IMG/VR virus record: IMGVR_UViG_3300045988_137997
Location: 1 to 46,538 of that record
DNA from: a virus
Strand: one strand, 5' to 3'
DNA: 46,538 nt
The notes beneath the pieces were generated by a model. The model was given only the letters and a program-made list of their open reading frames with translations, was not told the origin of the DNA and made no database searches. Position numbers and translations under genes: made by a program. This document shows, piece by piece, positions 15,568 to 25,441 of this stretch (positions are counted from its first letter, which is position 1; each line of letters opens with the position of its first letter).

Positions 15568-16685
15568 TATTCCCTGTTGACACGCCGCAGTTGCAGGCTT
15601 GTCGTGTAGCCCCCGCCGCCAACGTCGTGCGAAGATGATTCGATAATGAAATTGCCATCAAAGCTTCCAAAACCCTCGCAGGCGATCACGCATCCGGCCA
15701 AAAGCGACGGATCTCCAATCACCGTCAAGCTTCCGGTAACGCGCCGCAGATTGACTTTGCGAAGCGTCGCCTTGGCAAGACGTTCAGCTTCGGCCTTTGA
15801 AGTAACGCGCTTACGCACGCGGTACTCTTGACCGGAGGCATCCACGGTCGGATCCGTATAGCTGAAGTAGTTGACCGCGGGGTTCTTCTGCGCCCGGTAA
15901 TCAGGCGTTCGAAGCTTTTCAAGTTCTTCGTCGACCGTGCCGGGCTTCTCAGGCGTCTTGGAGAAGTCGTAGCCACCGGCCGAGTCCTTCGACTTCTTCT
16001 TCATGTCGCGCCAGGCCACCACACAAGTCCGATAAGTCTCGGATTGCTGCGAGCTGAAAGACCACGAAAGCACATCCGAAACGCCCAGCGTGATCGTCTT
16101 GATCGGCTCCTTTGTCTCGTAAGACCGTTGATCGAAGATCACGATCTTCTGGTCCGTGACTTTGATCGAAAAGCCTTCGTCTTCGCAAAGTCGCTGAAGA
16201 AAAGCCAAATTGCTCTCCTCTTTTTGATCTCTGCGGTCATACTGCGGGTCTTCCTCGACATCAAAAAAGAGTTGCAAGCCATTTTCGGCCGCAATCTCTT
16301 CCGCGATACCACGAAGCGTTTTGGACTCCCAAGCCTTGGTAATCGCTTTGCGTCGAATAGGCTGGCTCAAAGGTGTCGACACGGCCTGCATCTCAAAAGT
16401 ACGAGGCGCACCTGAAACACTCATGCTGTCGACGTAAAAACGGCCGCAATGAAGTTCGTCTGCGCCCTTTGATAGGTAGGCATCGACCACTTCTCCGCCA
16501 TCAGGCTTCCATGTCGCCGCCCACTTCCCCGTCTCATCTTTCAGAGTCAGGCGAAGTTCATCGGCCTCGCCCGTCTCTTTGTCTGAAAAGGTGAAAGACA
16601 ACAAATCGGGCAGAACGCTTTGCGAGACATCCTGCCCGGCAGCCGTGAAAAGTAAACGCAATTTCGTGCGAATCGGATTAGACAT
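15564..16685 (-). CDS. Tail protein D (late control D family)
   Basis: ATG at 16685. Size and position after X, with gpD-like sequence. Confidence 0.75.
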   Translation of the reverse strand: MSNPIRTKLRLLFTAAGQDVSQSVLPDLLSFTFSDKETGEADELRLTLKDETGKWAATWKPDGGEVVDAYLSKGADELHCGRFYVDSMSVSGAPRTFEMQAVSTPLSQPIRRKAITKAWESKTLRGIAEEIAAENGLQLFFDVEEDPQYDRRDQKEESNLAFLQRLCEDEGFSIKVTDQKIVIFDQRSYETKEPIKTITLGVSDVLSWSFSSQQSETYRTCVVAWRDMKKKSKDSAGGYDFSKTPEKPGTVDEELEKLRTPDYRAQKNPAVNYFSYTDPTVDASGQEYRVRKRVTSKAEAERLAKATLRKVNLRRVTGSLTVIGDPSLLAGCVIACEGFGSFDGNFIIESSSHDVGGGGYTTSLQLRRVNREY

Positions 16686-16899
16686 TGCTGTTCCTCTTCC
16701 AAGGCGGCAAGTTCTTTTCAAAATCTCTCGATGTCGTGTCGATTTCCGGCACATTCAAAATGACGCCGTCCGAAAAAAAGACCACCTTGCGGTGGTCCAG
16801 ATTGGCGGCGATCAAGCGGCCCATGAAAAGTTCGGATCCGTAGACATTCTTGGAAATGATGTCCCAAGTGTCTTGAGACTTAGTTGTGTACGTTCCCAC
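16678..16899 (-). CDS. Tail protein X (LysM-like)
   Basis: TWDIISKNVYGSELFMGRLIAANLDH...ILNVPEI matches the P2 gpX pattern. GTG start with a GAGGTG SD. Confidence 0.7.
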   Translation of the reverse strand: MGTYTTKSQDTWDIISKNVYGSELFMGRLIAANLDHRKVVFFSDGVILNVPEIDTTSRDFEKNLPPWKRNSNV

Positions 16900-16907
16900 T
16901 TTTCACC

Positions 16908-19424
16908 TCACACAAAAGAAAGCCGCTTCTGCTCGGTCATGAAGCGCTGCATATTGGCCCTGAATTTCTCATATCCGGACCCCAGACCTGTCTGTACCGC
17001 TCCGGCCACGTCCGAACCGCCCCCTTGGATATTGATCACGGGCGCAAAGTTGATCACTGTTCCGCCCGCGCCTTCTCCACCAGCAACAGGCATCGGCTGA
17101 AGCATCGTCGAGAGCTGAGAGAGCGGAATGACGGCTTCAGCCTCACCCGCCTCGGCAATGGTCGCCAAAGTAGGCTTCGTGGCGATACCGCCCTCGGCCA
17201 ACTGCGGAATCTTCGGCAGGCTCACACCGAACTTCTCGCCGCCCATCCCCGGCACCCAGCTGGGAACTTCGAAAGACATCCCGTTGACCGAGTCGATCAT
17301 GCGGTTGATGATCTCAATCACGGCATTGACAGGGCCTTTCATGATGGAAGCCAACGAATCGAAAGTGCTCGCAAAGAACCCCCGGATGGATGTCATCGCA
17401 TTGCCCCAAGCGTCCGAAATAGCCTGCGCGACGCTAATCGCCATTGCTTTGATTTCGTCCCAGTTTTTGTAGACGGCCACACCGGCTGCGACCAATGCAC
17501 CAAGGAACATCAAGATCGGATTCGCCATCAGGAACTTCATGGCGGCACCCAATGCCTTGACCGCCATCGACAGGCCGCCCATCACCGCTGCAGACGTCTT
17601 TGACGCCACTGCCGCAGCGACGGCGCTCACTCGGTAGGTCACGAAAGCCTTTTGCGCCACCGTGATCCACTTTGCGACCGTCGTAGCAACCTGCAAAGCC
17701 CCCAGAGCTATACGGAAACCGATAAACGCCTTAGCGGCAAAAATGGCCGCCGAAGCGATTGAATCGAAATTGTCCAGGATGTACTTCGCAGCAGTGGTCA
17801 CGCTCGTCAAAGCCGTGTTAGCCCACTGCGTCAACGTCGGAATGGCATCGACAAAGGCCTGTCCAAGCGCTTGAATTTGCGGCGAGATCGACGCGATGCT
17901 TGCCGAAATGCTCGGCATTTGATCGCGCAGAGCCGTTGCCGCTTCCTGCGAAGCCGGCAAAAGCAAGTCCGTGAACTGGCGAGCCACGACGGTGACCTGC
18001 GTGCCAAGTGTGGCCTGCATCGCGCTTGCCACGCTCTTCATGGTGCCGGACATCTTGGGCAGTTCGCCTTCGATCGCCAAGAAGCCATCAAGCGCTTTAG
18101 CCTCGAGGTCTTCGAACTGCGTGCCAAAAAGCGCCACGCCCGCGGCGTTACGCTTGACCGGGTCGTCGATCTCTTTGAGCCGCTTGACCACCTCGACAAA
18201 AGCAGTCTGCGCACGCTCTCCTCCCGCGGCGAACATTCGCGTCGCGGTTTCGCCACTCAGTCCAAGCTCGGCAAACGCCTCCATGCTCGACTTCGAGCCG
18301 TCTTTTGCCCTGATGTTGAACTCTTTGATCGCATCACCGACCTTGTCGATCGAGAAAGCACCATCTTCAGCGCCCCTCACCAAGTGTGCCGCAAACTGTT
18401 CGGCCGTGAAACCGAGCGCTTTGTACTGCACCGCATACTCATTGAAGGTATCGAGCAAGTCGCCATTCTTGTTCGCACCGTTCTGCGCCGCAAAAGCGAT
18501 TAAATCGAAGGCCTTTTCGCCATCGATGCCGAAGTTTTTCACCAGCGCCGAAGATGCGCGAGCGGTCTCGGCGACGTCCATGTCGAAAGTCTTGCCGAGG
18601 AGCATTGCGCTCTTCGTGACGTCTTCAAGCTCTTTGCCATTGAATCCACCAGTCTGCCGCATCGTCGCCATTGCGCGAGCAACTTCATCATAAGACTCGC
18701 CCATGCCGGACGTGTAAATCGCCCGGGCGGACTTCTCCATCTGCGCCATTTGCTCTGCGGTAGCTCCGGTAGACGCCTGAATTTGAGCCATCGACGCCTG
18801 AAAATCAGCCCCGGCCTTGAGCATTGCGCCACCGGCGGCCATGCCAATACCGGCACCGGCACTAGCTGCGCCTGCAGCCACACCTCCCACCTTGTCTACA
18901 GCACCTGCAACCGCACTGAGCTTGTCTTGCCCGCTCGAAAGCTTGTCAATGCGCTTTTGGAGCTTTTCCTGAAGCTCCTGGGCCTTCACAGCGGCCTTTG
19001 TAGCGTCCTCAAACTCCTTCTGGCGCTTGACCAGAGCCGACAAAGATGTCTGCGAGGTGCCGTACTCCTTATCGAGCGCCGCCATCGCATCGCGGTTTTT
19101 GTCCAGACTGATCTTCGACTTGTCGAGTGCATCTTTGGCCTTTTTGAAGGCCTGCTCCATCTCTTTCGTCGGATTTTCAGTCTGGCTGATCGCTCGTCCA
19201 AGCTCCGCAACACGTTCTCTCGCCTGCGCATAGGCTTTTGCGCTTTCGCCGACCGCCTTACGGGCTTTGACCACACCTGTGATTTCGGCAAAAGACGCAT
19301 TCATGCGCTCCATGTGCGCCTGAAGGCCTTCAACCGTCTGACCGGCATCCTTGAAAGACTTCGTAAAGGTGCCGCTCTTTTTGGCCGCCAAGTTGAATGC
19401 AATTTCGTACTGCTTTAATGCCAT
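16908..19424 (-). CDS. Tape measure protein
   Basis: 838 aa, Ala/Gly/Lys-rich and alpha-helical, with hydrophobic central segments. Lies downstream of the frameshift chaperone. Confidence 0.85.
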   Translation of the reverse strand: MALKQYEIAFNLAAKKSGTFTKSFKDAGQTVEGLQAHMERMNASFAEITGVVKARKAVGESAKAYAQARERVAELGRAISQTENPTKEMEQAFKKAKDALDKSKISLDKNRDAMAALDKEYGTSQTSLSALVKRQKEFEDATKAAVKAQELQEKLQKRIDKLSSGQDKLSAVAGAVDKVGGVAAGAASAGAGIGMAAGGAMLKAGADFQASMAQIQASTGATAEQMAQMEKSARAIYTSGMGESYDEVARAMATMRQTGGFNGKELEDVTKSAMLLGKTFDMDVAETARASSALVKNFGIDGEKAFDLIAFAAQNGANKNGDLLDTFNEYAVQYKALGFTAEQFAAHLVRGAEDGAFSIDKVGDAIKEFNIRAKDGSKSSMEAFAELGLSGETATRMFAAGGERAQTAFVEVVKRLKEIDDPVKRNAAGVALFGTQFEDLEAKALDGFLAIEGELPKMSGTMKSVASAMQATLGTQVTVVARQFTDLLLPASQEAATALRDQMPSISASIASISPQIQALGQAFVDAIPTLTQWANTALTSVTTAAKYILDNFDSIASAAIFAAKAFIGFRIALGALQVATTVAKWITVAQKAFVTYRVSAVAAAVASKTSAAVMGGLSMAVKALGAAMKFLMANPILMFLGALVAAGVAVYKNWDEIKAMAISVAQAISDAWGNAMTSIRGFFASTFDSLASIMKGPVNAVIEIINRMIDSVNGMSFEVPSWVPGMGGEKFGVSLPKIPQLAEGGIATKPTLATIAEAGEAEAVIPLSQLSTMLQPMPVAGGEGAGGTVINFAPVINIQGGGSDVAGAVQTGLGSGYEKFRANMQRFMTEQKRLSFV

Positions 19425-19439
19425 GTCAGCACCTAACAC

Positions 19440-19885
19440 TTACTGCGAATTTCGCTTGCTCTTTTGCTCTGCCGCGATCGCGTCAGCCCAAAGATTTATC
19501 TCGGTCAAGGGCACGTCGGCCCACTGCAACGGACTGCTGAACGTAGCCAGACCGATGCGGACATACGCACGCTTCAGCCATGCGTCCGGATCAGAACTTT
19601 TCGGCAGTCCTAGAGCATCAAAAAATTGCTCACCTCCTGGGCAAGCTTGCAGTATTCCTTCGCCGGCATCTGCTCGACCCACTCATACGGCTTTTTTGCC
19701 GCACGAGCGGCGATAAACGCGCAAAAGTCGATGTCAGTCGTCGCGAGCGCAGAGAAATTGCCCTTGCGAGTCCACTCGCGCTTGACCGCCGAAATGTCAG
19801 TGCCTGTCAGGCTTTCCAGATCAAGCTCAACTTCTTTGTACTCAGTGCCTTCGAATGTGTAAGGAGTGCCAAAAACGAATTTCAT
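19440..19885 (-). CDS. Tail assembly chaperone, -1 frameshift product (E+E'-like)
   Basis: The frame 0 ORF 19610..19885 joins the -1 ORF 19440..19682 at T_TTT_TTG. The junction reads ...EVSNFF DALGLPKSSDPDAW. Confidence 0.7.
19610..19885 (-). CDS. Tail assembly chaperone (gpE-like)
   Basis: 91-aa ORF between the tube and tape measure genes. Confidence 0.75.
   Translation of the reverse strand: MKFVFGTPYTFEGTEYKEVELDLESLTGTDISAVKREWTRKGNFSALATTDIDFCAFIAARAAKKPYEWVEQMPAKEYCKLAQEVSNFLML
19619..19625 (-). promoter_or_regulatory. Programmed -1 ribosomal frameshift slippery heptamer
   Basis: The minus strand reads AAT TTT TTG, that is T_TTT_TTG in the zero frame, 3 codons before the stop of the short chaperone. 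Confidence 0.7.
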
Positions 19886-19905
19886 GTCGTCCTCAAAAAT
19901 AGGAA

Positions 19906-19933
19906 CCCCGGAAAGCGGCTATGCCTTCCGGGG
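19906..19933 (-). terminator. Hairpin/attenuator between tube and chaperone genes
   Basis: CCCCGGAA...TTCCGGGG stem. On the minus strand the T-run follows after 5 nt. Confidence 0.4.
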
Positions 19934-19939
19934 CGGTTG

Positions 19940-20461
19940 TTATGCCAAGCCCAAAGCCTTGCGGACTTCAGACAGGTAGTCGGTGCCATCAACCTTGTAC
20001 AGGTAGTTGTACTTGTCGATTTCCACGACTTCCTTGCCGTCGATCACAAGCTTCAGGTAAGTGGTTTCGATGGTCGTCGAACTGCCCGTTGCCTGTCCCT
20101 TCGTGAAGGTGCCGAGGTTCGTCTCCTTCGTTTGCCCCTCGATGTAAAGGCGCACCGGCACAATGGCCACTTCGCCTGCGCCCGTGTCGTAGTGCTGCAT
20201 GGCACCGCGGATGTCAAGCGAATGCTTGCCGGGTGCGGCCAGTGAGGCGACCTTATCCGTGACCGCGTTCCAGTTGATGACCGTCGTCATCGAGCCGACA
20301 TGCCCTAGCACCACCGAGTCGATTTCGCCCGCGAAACCCGCACCGGAAATCGTTTCGGTCATTGCCGTAATCGTGGGCGTCGTCACGTCTGCGATGCCCA
20401 TCATGTCCTGACTTTCGGAGTCGTAGACACGGAAGTCATTCAGTCTTTCAGGAATCTTCAT
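19940..20461 (-). CDS. Tail tube protein (FII-like)
   Basis: 173 aa, immediately after the sheath gene. MKIPERLNDFRVY... is tube-like. Confidence 0.8.
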   Translation of the reverse strand: MKIPERLNDFRVYDSESQDMMGIADVTTPTITAMTETISGAGFAGEIDSVVLGHVGSMTTVINWNAVTDKVASLAAPGKHSLDIRGAMQHYDTGAGEVAIVPVRLYIEGQTKETNLGTFTKGQATGSSTTIETTYLKLVIDGKEVVEIDKYNYLYKVDGTDYLSEVRKALGLA

Positions 20462-20474
20462 AGGTCTTCACTCC

Positions 20475-21953
20475 TTATTCAAAAAGCACGCTCTGGCCAT
20501 TGACGTCGTACTCCATGATGAACTCGATGTCACGAGCCGGAGACGGCGGACAGACAAACAGACGGAAGCGCAAGATGCCATCCATGAGATCGGTCGTTGG
20601 GTTGTCGCTTTCGCGGAACTCCAGTCGACCGGTCAGGATGTACTGACTTGCGGCAAGGCCGTTCAGCCACACGTTCACGCTTGCCACAATCGTGTCGATC
20701 AGGCGGCGATTGGTGGGCGCGTCGACCTTCTGCAAGTAGGTCGTAATGATCGTGTTCGCAATCCAGTTCATCATGCGACGGATTGGAATGAAGGCATCCT
20801 TTACGTCCGTCGTGCCCGGATAGCAAGCCGTTCGATTGCCCCAGAACTTCCAGCCCGAAACCTCGTTCAGAGCCGTGCAAACGCCCTGACCGTTGAGGTA
20901 ATTGGCCTGCGTCATGTCCATCCACACTTCGGCGCCACTTGCGAGAACCGCAGCGGTCATCTGGAGGTTGTGATTGGAGGGGCTGACATACGGCGTGTTG
21001 CCGTTTTCACCATCCACCTGCCCCATCAGAGCCGGCAGCTGGCTGGACAAGTGGTAACGCGTGCCGGACAGCGACACCATCGGCCAGCAGGCGATCTGAT
21101 AGGCATCCGTGATGTTGTTCTGGCTCTTCCAAGCCGACACTCCCGTGTAATCCGTGACCGTGTCAGTCGGAACATCGATGACCGAAATGGCCTTGAATCG
21201 GCCGCTGATGTCGACGGACTTTGCAGCCATGACAGCCGCCACAGCCGGGTCACTGGAGTAGCCGGGTGCCGAAATCGTGCAGGGCACGAGACGGAAACGC
21301 GGATAAATCTCGGAGATCAGCTCCAGGCCGCTCTTTTCTCCAGAAACGCTGACGCCGCCGATCACATCTTCAGATTCCACAGCAGACGGATCCAGCTTGT
21401 CAGCCGCAAAAGTGATGCTCGAACCAACGAGACATTTGAAACCGTCATCGTCCGACAAAGAAGTCACCACGAGGTTACCGTCATCGTCGAAAGACAGCTC
21501 GAAATCCGTGCCAAGCACGTAAGGCGAGTCGACATTCGTGAGCGTCACCGAGCTTAAAATGATGCCCGGCTCTTCCACAACTGCCGAACCGGTCTTCGAG
21601 TCAAGCGTGACAGACACAGTGTCTGCCGTCTTTTTGTGCGTCTCAGGATCGAGAACGTTGACAAAGACCACAGGTGCCACACCAAAGAGCGAGAACTGCG
21701 CTTGTGCGGCCTCGCACAAGGTGTAGTCAAAGACCTTCAGCCCGCTGGCCGAGTCATCTGCGGCCGGCACGAAACCGAAAGCCGCTACGAATTCCTCATA
21801 TGTGTTGCACAAAACCGGTCGGTTGACGTTCGTCACGTCGGCCATGTTGACCGGAGCCGTACCAAAAAAAACCGGCATCCCGGATTCGACCGTGGTTGCC
21901 GGCAAAAGCGAAGTCGGTACTTCGCTCACATAGACGCCATGCTTGTAAGGCAT
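20475..21953 (-). CDS. Tail sheath protein (FI-like)
   Basis: 492 aa. N-terminus MPYKHGVYVSEVPTS is typical of contractile sheath proteins. Confidence 0.85.
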   Translation of the reverse strand: MPYKHGVYVSEVPTSLLPATTVESGMPVFFGTAPVNMADVTNVNRPVLCNTYEEFVAAFGFVPAADDSASGLKVFDYTLCEAAQAQFSLFGVAPVVFVNVLDPETHKKTADTVSVTLDSKTGSAVVEEPGIILSSVTLTNVDSPYVLGTDFELSFDDDGNLVVTSLSDDDGFKCLVGSSITFAADKLDPSAVESEDVIGGVSVSGEKSGLELISEIYPRFRLVPCTISAPGYSSDPAVAAVMAAKSVDISGRFKAISVIDVPTDTVTDYTGVSAWKSQNNITDAYQIACWPMVSLSGTRYHLSSQLPALMGQVDGENGNTPYVSPSNHNLQMTAAVLASGAEVWMDMTQANYLNGQGVCTALNEVSGWKFWGNRTACYPGTTDVKDAFIPIRRMMNWIANTIITTYLQKVDAPTNRRLIDTIVASVNVWLNGLAASQYILTGRLEFRESDNPTTDLMDGILRFRLFVCPPSPARDIEFIMEYDVNGQSVLFE

Positions 21954-21955
21954 GC

Positions 21956-22222
21956 TTAACCTCCTAATTCCTTTTGAATGCGGGACACAAAGGTGTTCAA
22001 GAGATCACCTTTCGTGCGCACACGTCGCCGGGCCTCAGTCAAAGACTCGACCGGTAAAAAAAGACCCCGCACTGCGGGGCTTTTGTCTCTGAGCTCTTGA
22101 ATGCTCGCCGGATACTCACCGTCCCAAAAGACGGCGTACTGCCGAAGCAGACCTCGCTTTAGCGTGGGTCCGACGTACACCACCTTGCGCGGCGGCTTTT
22201 TCTTGATGACTTTTTTGGCCAT
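21956..22222 (-). CDS. Hypothetical protein
   Basis: 88-aa basic ORF tightly packed between neighbours. Contains a terminator-like hairpin (22056..22080). Confidence 0.4.
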   Translation of the reverse strand: MAKKVIKKKPPRKVVYVGPTLKRGLLRQYAVFWDGEYPASIQELRDKSPAVRGLFLPVESLTEARRRVRTKGDLLNTFVSRIQKELGG

Positions 22223-22231
22223 CGAATCCTC

Positions 22232-22711
22232 CTAGTACTCTGGATTTGTCGGAATCACAGTCCTCAATCGCCAGACGGTCTTAAGGTCAACTTGCCAGTA
22301 GGCATCGAGGTGATCCGGGTAGTTCTGCCATGAAAGTTCACGCTCAAGGATGTATCGCTTTGCCAGTACGCCGTAAGGAATCGACAGCAAAGCGGTTCGA
22401 ACTACGGTCAGCATGTTCATGCAGTGCTCGTAGCCGTCATCGGTCTTCGAGTACGCGCCGAAGATGATGCTCACCTCGACTCGTGTCTCTTCATCAGCGG
22501 TTGTGCCCGCGTCGGGACGGATCATGATGAAGGGAATGTCATCCTCTTTTTGAGAGCGCTTCGGAGGCAGGTAACCGTTGACGATCTTCGGCACCTTGTG
22601 CGCAAAGTACTCGTCACCACCGTCGTTCTTGACCTGAACCGGAAGCTCCAAGTCTTTGACGGCATGAGCCACGAACTCGCGGATTGCCTTGCAAAGCTCA
22701 ATCTCGACCAT
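22232..22711 (-). CDS. Putative tail completion / head-tail joining protein
   Basis: ATG at 22711 with an AAGGAGG SD. The call rests on its position between the Z-like and sheath genes. Confidence 0.45.
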   Translation of the reverse strand: MVEIELCKAIREFVAHAVKDLELPVQVKNDGGDEYFAHKVPKIVNGYLPPKRSQKEDDIPFIMIRPDAGTTADEETRVEVSIIFGAYSKTDDGYEHCMNMLTVVRTALLSIPYGVLAKRYILERELSWQNYPDHLDAYWQVDLKTVWRLRTVIPTNPEY

Positions 22712-23327
22712 GAATCTTTCCTCCTTTTTGCCAGTGATTGGCAAGTGCTCCGGACCGCAGAACTTCAACGATCTCGTGGTCCAAGCGTTTCAAGAACATC
22801 GCCCTCATGGCAGTCTCGATCTCCGATGTCACGGAGGCATTGCCGACCATCGAAGGCGCCGACGGACCGGTCATATCGATCAACGGCGTCGATGTCGTAC
22901 CCGTGCGTTGTAAGATGCGACCTTTGTAGACAAAGGCGTTCTTAATCGGCTTCGGTGCTACACCTCGCTTCACAGCGACCTTGACAGGCTTGCGAGCGCC
23001 GCCTGTCGTGTCACTCTTCGGCGTGAACTTGAAGTGTTCCAGTGCAAGGCGCGTTGATCGCACCGTGAGCATGGTTTCAAGTGACTCATAGGTCGCTTTT
23101 TCTTCAAGACGGATTGCCTGGCGCACTGGCTTTGCTTTGACCGTGTACTTTCGACGTGTCGCCTTGACGATTTCAGAGCGCCCTGTGATCGCCGAGCGAT
23201 TAAGCGCTCGCATAACCGCCGTTTCGTAGCCCCACTTGACGCCCGCAAGGGTCTGCCTGGCCTTTTCAAGCTCCTGCTTGATGCCCTTCGATCCATCTCC
23301 AAGGAAGACCTCAAAGTCCTTTCTCAT
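22698..23327 (-). CDS. Minor tail protein Z-like
   Basis: Basic 209-aa protein with layout and size similar to lambda gpZ. Confidence 0.45.
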   Translation of the reverse strand: MRKDFEVFLGDGSKGIKQELEKARQTLAGVKWGYETAVMRALNRSAITGRSEIVKATRRKYTVKAKPVRQAIRLEEKATYESLETMLTVRSTRLALEHFKFTPKSDTTGGARKPVKVAVKRGVAPKPIKNAFVYKGRILQRTGTTSTPLIDMTGPSAPSMVGNASVTSEIETAMRAMFLKRLDHEIVEVLRSGALANHWQKGGKIHGRD

Positions 23328-23635
23328 TGATCGTACCTGCGCGCTTCGATGACAAGCATGCCCATCTCACGACTGACCTTTTTGACCGTAAACGTCCAGT
23401 CATCCACGAGGATTTCCTCGTTTTCTACAGGCGTCGTGATGATGCCCTCGGCCATGTGGATGCGGATGTCAGTTGCAAAGACGCCGTACCGATCAGAAGA
23501 GCCGGACTCCTGCGTCTCGATCGTATCGATCACGCACTTCACAGTCTCGCCTTGAACGATGTGCTCGTCGGCAAACTCCTGAAGGTTCAAAAAGACCCGG
23601 TCAATATCCGATCTGACTACGTCTTTGAACCCCAT
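23324..23635 (-). CDS. Head-tail joining / head completion protein (FII-position)
   Basis: 103 aa. The call rests on synteny with the lambda head module. Confidence 0.45.
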   Translation of the reverse strand: MGFKDVVRSDIDRVFLNLQEFADEHIVQGETVKCVIDTIETQESGSSDRYGVFATDIRIHMAEGIITTPVENEEILVDDWTFTVKKVSREMGMLVIEARRYDQ

Positions 23636-23636
23636 C

Positions 23637-23909
23637 TCAGTCCTCCGCTTCCGGCAAGTTGAAAGCGCCTTCCGGTACGCCTTCTTCCTCTGCGACCTTA
23701 GCCTGATCGGCCTTAGCGCCGCGCTTGGAACTGGTCTTTTTGGCAGCCTTTACAGTCGTCTTCACGTCACGCTTGACTTCCTGATCAACTACCTCGACCA
23801 ATCCTTCTGCGATCAGCACTTTGGCCTTCGCATCATCGATCTCGAACTCGCGTCCGCAGACGATGCGACGAGAGTCGTGCAAAAGACTAACCTTAGCTCG
23901 TACTTTCAT
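23637..23909 (-). CDS. Hypothetical protein (after the major capsid gene)
   Basis: 90-aa ORF with a Lys/Ala-rich C-terminus. Confidence 0.45.
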   Translation of the reverse strand: MKVRAKVSLLHDSRRIVCGREFEIDDAKAKVLIAEGLVEVVDQEVKRDVKTTVKAAKKTSSKRGAKADQAKVAEEEGVPEGAFNLPEAED

Positions 23910-23920
23910 GCTGAAACTCC

Positions 23921-23950
23921 GAAAAAAAAGGAGCGGGGAAACCGCTCCTT
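23921..23950 (-). terminator. Intrinsic terminator after the major capsid gene
   Basis: On the minus strand, AAGGAGCGG-tttcc-CCGCTCCTT is followed by T8. Confidence 0.75.
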
Positions 23951-23955
23951 CTTGA

Positions 23956-25011
23956 TTAAGCCGTCAGAGGATTGACGACGTGGAAGCCGAGAACCTGCTG
24001 AATGATCGGCAGCGGGCGGCTCTTGATCTGCACGACGCGACCAGCCGGAGAAGTGCGCTGCACCCAAGAATCAGGGATACGCGTGCCTTCGACCACGGAA
24101 ACCGTGTCGGAGCCGATGAGGCCGCAAGCGCCGTAAGCGACAACCGTACGAACACTCGGAGAAGCAAGCAAGGCCTTGTCTTCGGGCACCATTGGCACTT
24201 CGGCATCCGTTTCTTCGTCGTAATACCAATTGTCGTAGCTGTAAAGATCAAGACCGCTATCCTTCAGGCGACCCCAGTAGGTCACGCCCTGCGGCAGGTG
24301 CTGCGGGTCGATCGCGCCCATGTCGACGCGGCGCATGTCAAGCATTGCCGCATCCTGAAGCTTGTCAAGCACGGTGTTGCACACCTTCTGGCCCATGATC
24401 AGCTCGGTCGGCGTAAAACCGCTCGACTGGATCATGGCAAGACGAAGATCGCGCAAATCTTTCGCGATCTGCTTGGCGGTCGTGCTGGAAGCGTCCCACT
24501 TCGTGGTGAGCGAGGTCTCAGGCTTGTCATCTCCCAGCTCCTTCCAGTAGTCGATCACTTCGTCATAGCCATCGCCCTTCACAGTGATCTTGCCGGTGAA
24601 GAGTGCTTCAGCGCACATGACTTCTTCGCGTCGCGTGATGATCTCGTCGAGCTTAGCCAAATCCTGGCCTAGCTGTTCGGCAGCACGTTCGGCCGGAGAG
24701 CGAAGCGAGTAAGGATTCTCACCCGGCATACGATTCATAAGGTCTTCTGCCGTTGTGATCATCAACGGAGAAACTTCCGGAGCCTCGTAGGAAACCGTGC
24801 GGAAGCCCTGGCGGTTCACAGCCTTGCCGCCGGCTCGCGGGTTAACAAAAGGAGCGATCTTGCGATCCCCCTTACCAACGATGTCGAACTCGACAATCCG
24901 GGAGTTAAAAGTGATGCGGTTTGCAAAGTAACGGTCGCGCAGCCAGGCATAGTTGGAGAGATTGCCCTCCGTGATCATCTGGAGCATGCGACGAGTGGTA
25001 AAAATATCCAT
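23956..25011 (-). CDS. Major capsid protein (lambda gpE family)
   Basis: 351 aa. MDIFTTRRMLQMI...YFANR is typical of Phage_cap_E. Follows the decoration gene. Confidence 0.85.
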   Translation of the reverse strand: MDIFTTRRMLQMITEGNLSNYAWLRDRYFANRITFNSRIVEFDIVGKGDRKIAPFVNPRAGGKAVNRQGFRTVSYEAPEVSPLMITTAEDLMNRMPGENPYSLRSPAERAAEQLGQDLAKLDEIITRREEVMCAEALFTGKITVKGDGYDEVIDYWKELGDDKPETSLTTKWDASSTTAKQIAKDLRDLRLAMIQSSGFTPTELIMGQKVCNTVLDKLQDAAMLDMRRVDMGAIDPQHLPQGVTYWGRLKDSGLDLYSYDNWYYDEETDAEVPMVPEDKALLASPSVRTVVAYGACGLIGSDTVSVVEGTRIPDSWVQRTSPAGRVVQIKSRPLPIIQQVLGFHVVNPLTA

Positions 25012-25029
25012 CTGTATCTCTCCTAAAAG

Positions 25030-25428
25030 TTAGATGTTCGTGCGGAAGAAGATGCCGACCTTGCGAGCGCTCACCATGAAGTCGCGAGGCTTGGCCGAGT
25101 TAGCCGTGTCAAAGATCAATGCATCCTGATTAAAGTCACCCGTGAAGTACACCGGGGCAGTGACTGCGCCACCCGTGCCAGTATCGATGTCGTCTGCGAG
25201 GATGCAGTAAACATCATCAACGGTTTCAGTTGCGCCCTCGCCATCAAGTTCGCCTTCCTCCGTCACAGTTTTGGCGCACTTCTTGCCCGCTTCACTAATC
25301 AGCGTGCCGCGCTTGAGAACGCCCTGGTTGGGCTGAATCTGCCAAGTGCCGGTCACAACCGGCATGAGCTGCAAAGCGGCAAACAGGTTGTCTCGAGTCA
25401 GCGTTTCAGTAGGTTTCTGAAGAGCCAT
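25030..25428 (-). CDS. Head decoration protein (gpD-like)
   Basis: ATG at 25428 with a GGAGG SD. ...VYFTGDFNQDALIF... is gpD-like. Confidence 0.7.
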   Translation of the reverse strand: MALQKPTETLTRDNLFAALQLMPVVTGTWQIQPNQGVLKRGTLISEAGKKCAKTVTEEGELDGEGATETVDDVYCILADDIDTGTGGAVTAPVYFTGDFNQDALIFDTANSAKPRDFMVSARKVGIFFRTNI

Positions 25429-25441
25429 AGTTACCTCCAAA

